From contig CAVPNL010000012.1 in the NCBI GenBank assembly GCA_963706575.1, positions 32,001-96,000 of the forward strand: DNA of 64,000 bases. Direction: 5' to 3'. Positions within the stretch are counted from its first letter, which is position 1. Each line of letters opens with the position of its first letter. Shown piece after piece: positions 58,022-64,000 of this stretch. The translations under genes were made by a program, and so were the position numbers. The stretch comes from an uncultured delta proteobacterium. Its GTDB lineage: Bacteria; Desulfobacterota; Desulfobacteria; Desulfobacterales; JAHEIW01. The notes below the pieces were generated by a model. The model worked only from the letters and a program-made list of their open reading frames with translations. It was not told the DNA's origin and ran no database searches.

Positions 58022-58825
58022 ATGCCAATAGCGAAGACAGAAAACCTCGACATTTATTATGAAATAATCGGGCAGGGTGAGCCCCTGGTGATGATCAGGG
58101 GCATCGGCAGCAATGTCGATCACTGGTATGAGCAGGTTCCGATTCTATCCAAAAAATATCAGCTCCTGGTTTTTGACAATCGGGGGATTGCCCGCTCGTC
58201 GGATCCTGGCGGTTCTTTTTCCACCAAGGACATGGCCGCAGACACAATCGCACTGATGGAAGCGATGGGGATAAAAAAAGCTCACGTCCTGGGCTATTCC
58301 ATGGGGGGCATGATTGCCCAGGAATTGGCCCTGGCCTATCCCGAAAAAATAAACGGGCTGATCCTGGTGGCGACAGATTGCGGTATTAGCCTGCGGATCA
58401 AAGCCCGGCCGGAATACTCCAGGCTTTTCAGCGAGATGATCCGCCTGGGCACAAATGAGGCCAAAACAGCTGCCGCCGGCTGTTTATTCGCCAAACAAAC
58501 CTTTGAAAGCAGGCCGAACATTATTGAGCGCTATGCTGAAGTTTCCCTGCGCTTTCCCGCTCCGCAGAAAACGCTTGAAAGGCAATGGGAGGCAATCACC
58601 CGGCACGACGCCTGCGACCGGTTGCAAAACATTACTGCGCCGACCCTGGCGATCACTGGTTCCGAGGACGTGCTTATCCCCCCGGAAAACTCCAGGGTGC
58701 TGGCAGAACGGATTCCGGATGCCCGGGTGCGCTCTATCGACGGCGGCGGCCACCTGTTCGTGGTTGAACAGGCGCAACAGTTTAATGAAGCCGTATTCGG
58801 TTTTCTGGAAGGTCTGTCGCACTAG
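58022..58825 (+). CDS. Alpha/beta hydrolase
   Basis: FDNRGIARS, GYSMGG nucleophile elbow, GSEDVLIP, GGGH. Confidence 0.92.
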   Translation: MPIAKTENLDIYYEIIGQGEPLVMIRGIGSNVDHWYEQVPILSKKYQLLVFDNRGIARSSDPGGSFSTKDMAADTIALMEAMGIKKAHVLGYSMGGMIAQELALAYPEKINGLILVATDCGISLRIKARPEYSRLFSEMIRLGTNEAKTAAAGCLFAKQTFESRPNIIERYAEVSLRFPAPQKTLERQWEAITRHDACDRLQNITAPTLAITGSEDVLIPPENSRVLAERIPDARVRSIDGGGHLFVVEQAQQFNEAVFGFLEGLSH

Positions 58826-58905
58826 AAAATAAGTCCCGCCCGGGGCGAACTAAAGTGATCCCGCTGTAGCGGGATTGAGGAATTCTGTCTATTTTAATTT
58901 CCTGT

Positions 58906-58990
58906 TCACGCAAAGCCGCTAAGCCGCAAAGAATTTTAGTTTAAACAATAAAAAACCATCGGGTCTTTGCGGCTTTGCGTGAGGCCCAAG
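58906..58990. repeat. REP-like inverted element
   Basis: tcacgcaaagccgctaagccgcaaaga ... tctttgcggctttgcgtgaggcccaag. Confidence 0.75.
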
Positions 58991-59026
58991 CTTTAGTTTA
59001 CTTTAGGCACTTTAACCCTTGAACCT

Positions 59027-59054
59027 GAGCTGGGATTTTGAAACCACTTCTAAA
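59027..59054 (-). repeat. TIR-like 28-mer; inverted partner of 7528-7555
   Basis: GAGCTGGGATTTTGAAACCACTTCTAAA. Confidence 0.75.
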
Positions 59055-59090
59055 CGAGCGGGGTTAGCGTTGACGCGGCAGCGGGAAGCT

Positions 59091-59597
59091 TCACTCGCTG
59101 AGCAACCAATTATAGGCTCGCGAAAAACCCCTTAATGAAAAGGTAGGCTTTTGGGCCGTACCCGGATAAGAATCGTATTCAAACTGGATTTTTAGACCTT
59201 TTTTCATGGTTTTAATCAGTTCACTATTTTTGGGAATGAAATCTACAAGACAATTGGACTCACAGCCCTTTATGGCCGAGCGAATCGCCAGAGTATCTAC
59301 CGCGTCAATCCGATAAGAAAAATATACAGAGACAATCTTTTTTTCGGATTCTAAAGTCAACTCAATATTATCCCCGCCGCTGTCCGGATCCGACAGCCAC
59401 AAGGTGCTGATGCCGTCTTTTGCGAAAGTGCCTATTTGCCTGCTTTTCTTATTTGATGCCGCATCCGCTTTTTCGATCGCTACCCAATCGCCAAATCTGA
59501 TCTGTTCGGCCGGGCAGTTGGCAGAAAAAACCATTAACCATACGACGATGACCATAACGACGCGAAGCGAATACACACCTATACGAAATCTTCCCAT
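59091..59597 (-). CDS. Hypothetical exported protein (IalB-like)
   Basis: Signal-like N-terminus, FGDW, LIKTMKKG and FSLRGFSRAY reminiscent of invasion-associated locus B proteins. Confidence 0.55.
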   Translation of the reverse strand: MGRFRIGVYSLRVVMVIVVWLMVFSANCPAEQIRFGDWVAIEKADAASNKKSRQIGTFAKDGISTLWLSDPDSGGDNIELTLESEKKIVSVYFSYRIDAVDTLAIRSAIKGCESNCLVDFIPKNSELIKTMKKGLKIQFEYDSYPGTAQKPTFSLRGFSRAYNWLLSE

Positions 59598-59701
59598 GAT
59601 AAAGTCCCTTTCAGCCACGGTCTATAAGATTTATCTTAAATTAGCTTGGCGTACATGGCAAGAAAGAAAATCGGTAACACAAAGACAAGGGGATTTTCAT
59701 T

Positions 59702-60589
59702 TTATTCGGAGGAGTTGCCTTCCTTCCAGAGCGCTATAAAACTTCCCAACGGAGCCTGAATGAACCGGTGGATCGGGTCGCATTTCACTTTAAAAAGAAA
59801 AAAAACAGGCGGGGCAATATTTTTAGGATAGATAGCCTCAAAATTGGCCATGCCTTTGGCAATGATGAGATCTGAAGATGCGACCAGGCCTAAGAATTCT
59901 TTTGAGGCATTATCCCAATCGATTCCGACGCCGTCTGATCCTGTGTCCGCCACTTCACTAAAAAAATCACCCAGATCAGCAAACTGCATCTCGTCGCGGG
60001 TTAAATCGTTAAGCGAGGGCCCCCCTTTTACCACCAGAATCGTATTTTGAGCGCGCGCTTTGATATATTCGTACAACCGAATGTCGAAGAAAATTTCGCC
60101 GGCATTGTCTGAAAAGTATAAAACCCGTTCAGGTTTTTTTTTGATAAACGCTGCCAGACGATCGATATCATCGTAAAAATAAGAGATCCCCGTATTCAAT
60201 TGCGTCGGAATTTCAGCCAGGGCCTCGGCGGGATTTTTGAAAAAATCGAGGCTGTTTCCCAGAATCGCGAGACTCGCGCAGGATCGTAAATCAAGTAAAT
60301 TGCTGCTTTTAATTTGAGCAAAAATCTTCCGGGCCAGAGCCATCTCCTGCGCTTTAAACTGTTTGTAAGGATCCGATACCCCTGTGAGGCGCTTAATTTC
60401 CTTGAGGATTTGTCCGGCTAGCTGATGCGAACTCAGGCGATTGTCTCTGGCATTTTCAAGGATTTCACGGGTGATCGCTTCGGCTTTTTTTACGAGGTCG
60501 GAATCATCAGCACCGGCTAAAGCGGTTAAACTTTTTGCCAGCGACATGAGACAATCCATACATTGAGGAATCGGCTGCAACCTTTTCAT
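59702..60589 (-). CDS. DUF89/ARMT1-like damage-control phosphatase
   Basis: CMDC, DPYK..K, GNSLD, DNAGEIFFD, LND, AKGMANFE, KVKC. Confidence 0.88.
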   Translation of the reverse strand: MKRLQPIPQCMDCLMSLAKSLTALAGADDSDLVKKAEAITREILENARDNRLSSHQLAGQILKEIKRLTGVSDPYKQFKAQEMALARKIFAQIKSSNLLDLRSCASLAILGNSLDFFKNPAEALAEIPTQLNTGISYFYDDIDRLAAFIKKKPERVLYFSDNAGEIFFDIRLYEYIKARAQNTILVVKGGPSLNDLTRDEMQFADLGDFFSEVADTGSDGVGIDWDNASKEFLGLVASSDLIIAKGMANFEAIYPKNIAPPVFFLFKVKCDPIHRFIQAPLGSFIALWKEGNSSE

Positions 60590-60627
60590 ATCTGAAGACT
60601 CGGAGAAATGTGGCTGAGACAAAAATG

Positions 60628-60664
60628 AAAAGGGCACCCCTTCAGAATTCAACGGGATACCCTT
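60628..60664 (-). terminator. Terminator of the cold-shock gene
   Basis: Minus strand AAGGGTATCCC...GGGGTGCCCTTTT. Confidence 0.6.
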
Positions 60665-60683
60665 ATTCAGTTTAGAAATGCAG

Positions 60684-60884
60684 TTACACTAGGGTGACAT
60701 TGACTGCAGACGGCCCTTTTTGGCCTTCCTCGATTTCAAAAGTCACCTGGTCGCCTTCATTAAGAGATTTGAATCCGGCGGTATTAATACCTGAATAATG
60801 CACAAATACATCCGGACCATCTTCCTGCTCGATGAAGCCATAGCCTTTGCTGCTATTAAACCATTTTACAACCCCATTAGCCAT
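60684..60884 (-). CDS. Cold-shock protein (CspA family)
   Basis: [27 protein letters not shown]; 66 aa; AGGAGG RBS. Confidence 0.95.
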   Translation of the reverse strand: MANGVVKWFNSSKGYGFIEQEDGPDVFVHYSGINTAGFKSLNEGDQVTFEIEEGQKGPSAVNVTLV

Positions 60885-61190
60885 AATAACACCCTCCTGT
60901 AAAAAGTTTTTCAATGTTTCATACTGCAGGGTGCCACTTTGACAAATGGATCTTTCCCCTAAGATGAAACCGGCCTGCCGATAAAGCCATAGCCTTTATT
61001 GAATGATTGAACGATAGCAAGTTTAAAAAAAAAATCAAGCACATTATTCGATTTTTTTCAATACAAGTAAGGGTCCCAGGTAAGGCCTATGGTTATCATC
61101 ACCTTAAGCCGCTATTGTAAAGCCGTGCCCTGAGGCCTCTGACACGCTTGGCACCAGAATATATAAAAAATACAGTTAGATATCAGTCTA

Positions 61191-61219
61191 TTGACAAACC
61201 TGAGGCGCTACTCTATGGT
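61191..61219 (+). promoter_or_regulatory. Sigma70 promoter upstream of the BMP/ABC operon
   Basis: TTGACA-N17-TATGGT. Confidence 0.55.
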
Positions 61220-61466
61220 ACCTTGATACCTTTATAAAAAACATCTCACCTTAATGATTCCCGGGAGCGTTGCGGCCATGAAATCGCTTAATTTTCGTAA
61301 GAGATGGAAGTATTTCAGTAAATCTCCCGCAATCGTTTCCTTTGAACAAAGCATTTATCGCGTCTTTCATGACACTCCGGACCCGATCCTACTTCACCCA
61401 AAACGAAGCAAGCAAAAGCAATGATAACATCTGCATTATAAACCAAAAAAAGAAAGGAGAACGTGC

Positions 61467-62453
61467 ATGAAAAAAGTATTATGGATGACATTGATTGTGG
61501 TGTTTTCAATTTTATTTGCCTTCAGCGCCAGCCAGGCAAAACCATTTAAAATCGCGGCCATTTTTCAGACGGCCATTGAGGAGCCGTGGGATGGGGTGAT
61601 CCATCAGGCCTGTCTGCAAGCCAAAAAAGAAATGGGCAACATCGAATATGAATTTACCGAGAAAATCGCGGCAGCTGATTTTGAAAAAGTTCTCAGGGAG
61701 TATGCTGAAAGAGGGTTTGACCTGATTGTGGGCGATGCCTTCCTCGCTGGTGAAGAACCCGCCAGAAGAGTGGCTAAAGATTATCCCAACATCGCCTTTG
61801 CTTTCGGATCCGAGTTCGGGCCGGTTTCACCGAATTTTTCAGTCTTCGACAACTGGATTCACGAGCCGGCTTACCTGTGCGGCGTCATCGCCGGCCGGCT
61901 AACTAAAACCAACACCCTCGGTGTGGTTGCGGCCATACCTATCGGAGAGGTAAACCGGCTGGTAAATGCCTTCACAGCCGGCGCGCTCAGCGTCAATCCC
62001 AAGACCAAGGTAAAAATCTCTTATATCGGCGGCTGGTTTGATCCACCCAAAGCCAAGGAAGCGGCCATCGCCCAGATCGAGGCCGGTGCGGACCTGATCT
62101 TTGCCGAAAGATTCGGTGTTTTTGAAGCCGCCAAAGAAAAAGGTGTGCTGGCTTTCGGAAATATGTCGGATCAGAATGCGCTGGGGCCCAATGTGGTCAT
62201 CAGTGGGCCGGTATGGGATATGTACCCCACCATCAAGTTCGCTATTGAGATGGTCAAGAAAAAAGCCTGGGTATCCATGGATTTAGGCGAATGGTCCATG
62301 ATGGCAAAGGGCGGTGCCCGTCTGGCCCCATTTCATTCATTTGAAAAAACACTGCCCGGGGCGGTCGTTAAAGAAGTCAGAGATCTTGAGCAGAAGATTT
62401 TAAACGGAACATTCCGGGTGCCGGTGGATGAGCAGAAGCCGGTCTCAGATTAG
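61467..62453 (+). CDS. BMP-family (nucleoside/purine) ABC substrate-binding protein
   Basis: Signal peptide; LREYAERGFDLI, HEPAYLCG.IAG.LTKTN, GWFDPPKAKEAA.AQIEAGAD. Confidence 0.9.
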   Translation: MKKVLWMTLIVVFSILFAFSASQAKPFKIAAIFQTAIEEPWDGVIHQACLQAKKEMGNIEYEFTEKIAAADFEKVLREYAERGFDLIVGDAFLAGEEPARRVAKDYPNIAFAFGSEFGPVSPNFSVFDNWIHEPAYLCGVIAGRLTKTNTLGVVAAIPIGEVNRLVNAFTAGALSVNPKTKVKISYIGGWFDPPKAKEAAIAQIEAGADLIFAERFGVFEAAKEKGVLAFGNMSDQNALGPNVVISGPVWDMYPTIKFAIEMVKKKAWVSMDLGEWSMMAKGGARLAPFHSFEKTLPGAVVKEVRDLEQKILNGTFRVPVDEQKPVSD

Positions 62454-62637
62454 CACCTCAATTGAGCCAGACTCAATTGAGGTATCAGGTATTTGGTATT
62501 CGGTATTAGTTTAACAAAGGGTGTTTCAGGCTGTCGGGTATGCGCCCAGAGCTTGAAACACCTTTCATGTCTTCGTGTGCAATTCTGATCTGTTTGGGCT
62601 AGGCCATTTTGAATGAAACAGAGCCTTGAGGTGGTTG

Positions 62638-64000
62638 ATGGCAAATAATGACCAGCCGGCCGTAAGGATGTCTTCCGTTACCAAGCGTTTTTTGGACGTT
62701 ACGGCCAATAAGGATGTGTCTTTCAGTCTCTATTCAGGGGAAATCTGTGCGCTGCTGGGTGAAAACGGAGCGGGCAAAACCACGCTGATGAATATCCTAT
62801 TTGGCTATTACGCCTGCGATGAGGGAGAAATATTTATAAAAGGTAAAAAAGCCGACCTTTCCTCTCCGAAAGACGCGATTTCACGCGGTGTGGGCATGAT
62901 TCATCAGCATTTTGCCCTGGTTCCTTCTCAAACCGTACTTGAAAACATTATTGTGGGTGCGGATTCGGGCATTTTTCTTGACCTTAAATCAGCCCGGCGG
63001 GAACTTCTGGGGTTGCAGGAACGTTTCGGCCTTAAAATCGATCCTGACGCCTGGGTATGGACCCTGTCGGTGGGCGAGCAGCAAAAAGTTGAAATTCTCA
63101 AGGCTTTGTACAGAGACGTCGATATTCTCATCATGGACGAACCCACGGCGGTGCTGGCCCCGGCTGAAACAGCGGAGCTGTTTAACACTCTGAGGTCGCT
63201 TGTAAAAGAAGGCCGTTCGGTCGTTTTCATATCCCACAAGCTAAATGAAGTCATGGACATTTCAGACCGCATCGTGGTTTTACGAAGCGGCCAGGTGGTG
63301 GCGGAACGTCAGACGGCCGCAACCAATGCCAGAGAGCTGGCCAATCTGATGGTGGGGCGGGAGCTTCTGGAGACCATCGAAAAGAAAGAGCTGCCTGCAG
63401 CTGAGCCCGTCCTTAGAATCAAAAGCCTCTCAGCGTTGAATGACAAAAAGCTTGCGGCGCTAAAAAGCGTTGATTTGATCGTACGGCATAATGAAATTCT
63501 GGGGATGGCCGGAATTTCCGGAAACGGACAGAAAGAACTCTCAGAGGTGCTTTTCGGGATACGCTTTCCCACAGACGGTTTTATTCAAATAAACGACAAG
63601 CCCCTTAAATTCGGCAGCCCGACAGCATCGATTAAATCGCATATGGGAAGAATACCGGAGGATCGCATCGAAACCGGCCTGCTGATGGATCTTTCCGTTG
63701 AGGAGAACCTCATTTTAGAAAATCATTCTTCGGATGATTTGCAGCATTACGGGCTGATGAGATCGAAAAATATCCAGCAGTTCAGCGACGATCTGATTAA
63801 TAGATACAACATACAGACAGCCGGCCGCGATGCCGTCACCAAAAGCCTATCCGGCGGCAACCTGCAAAAGGTCATGTTGGCCCGGGAACTGGCCGGAGAA
63901 CCGTCACTGATCATCGCCTCGCAGCCCACGCGCGGCCTCGATGTGGGTGCCATGGAGTATATTCACCAGAGACTTCTGCAGGAAAGGGAAAGAGGCGCGG
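62638..64000 (+). CDS. Nucleoside/sugar (CUT2) ABC transporter ATP-binding protein, 3'-truncated by window edge
   Basis: MANNDQPAVRMSSVTKRF..VTAN..., LLGENGAGKTT, GMIHQHF, LSVGEQQKVEILKAL, DEPTAVL, LSGGNLQK, QPTRGLDVGA. Absent from the ORF track because there is no stop codon in the window. Confidence 0.92.
   Translation, partial: MANNDQPAVRMSSVTKRFLDVTANKDVSFSLYSGEICALLGENGAGKTTLMNILFGYYACDEGEIFIKGKKADLSSPKDAISRGVGMIHQHFALVPSQTVLENIIVGADSGIFLDLKSARRELLGLQERFGLKIDPDAWVWTLSVGEQQKVEILKALYRDVDILIMDEPTAVLAPAETAELFNTLRSLVKEGRSVVFISHKLNEVMDISDRIVVLRSGQVVAERQTAATNARELANLMVGRELLETIEKKELPAAEPVLRIKSLSALNDKKLAALKSVDLIVRHNEILGMAGISGNGQKELSEVLFGIRFPTDGFIQINDKPLKFGSPTASIKSHMGRIPEDRIETGLLMDLSVEENLILENHSSDDLQHYGLMRSKNIQQFSDDLINRYNIQTAGRDAVTKSLSGGNLQKVMLARELAGEPSLIIASQPTRGLDVGAMEYIHQRLLQERERGA

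Noticed and set aside
1..64000. tRNA, rRNA, integrase, transposase or prophage genes
   Set aside because: None was recognisable by eye. A tRNAscan/Infernal run would be needed to exclude small RNAs formally.

Overview
A 64-kb chromosomal window from an anaerobic bacterium. The gene repertoire (tungsten AOR, a selenoprotein, PilZ proteins, sigma54 promoters) and the intergenic repeat style suggest Desulfobacterota/Desulfobacterales; this is an inference. I found no rRNA, tRNA, CRISPR array, prophage or intact transposase. The main block is a co-oriented minus-strand catabolic cluster of about 18.4 kb (20.7-39.2 kb). It encodes a GntR regulator, a tautomerase, DUF2848, an Fe-ADH, a cytoplasmic bis-PGD Mo/W enzyme resembling the catechol-dehydroxylase/acetylene-hydratase lineage with its ferredoxin partner, an AOR, a LIV-type ABC importer, two phytoene-desaturase-like flavoproteins, a UbiD with a Zn-ribbon partner, a CinA/MoeA-like protein and CoxG. 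It looks like an unassigned anaerobic pathway for an aromatic or heterocyclic compound. Features missed or split by the ORF track: (i) an orphan GrdB/PrdB-like selenoprotein (UxxC, SECIS-like hairpin); (ii) two tandem NrdR-like boxes over a sigma70 promoter driving two tiny Cys-rich genes, one of them an uncalled 44-aa ORF; (iii) three stand-alone [D/E]RRxxx[D/E]RR mini-proteins, two of them directly upstream of a sigma54-driven tandem-PilZ gene; (iv) a tandem PD-(D/E)XK nuclease; (v) a MITE family and many REP-like palindromes; (vi) five single-base insertions at 4.4-9.2 kb that are probably assembly errors. All family assignments come from motif recognition by eye, not from database searches.
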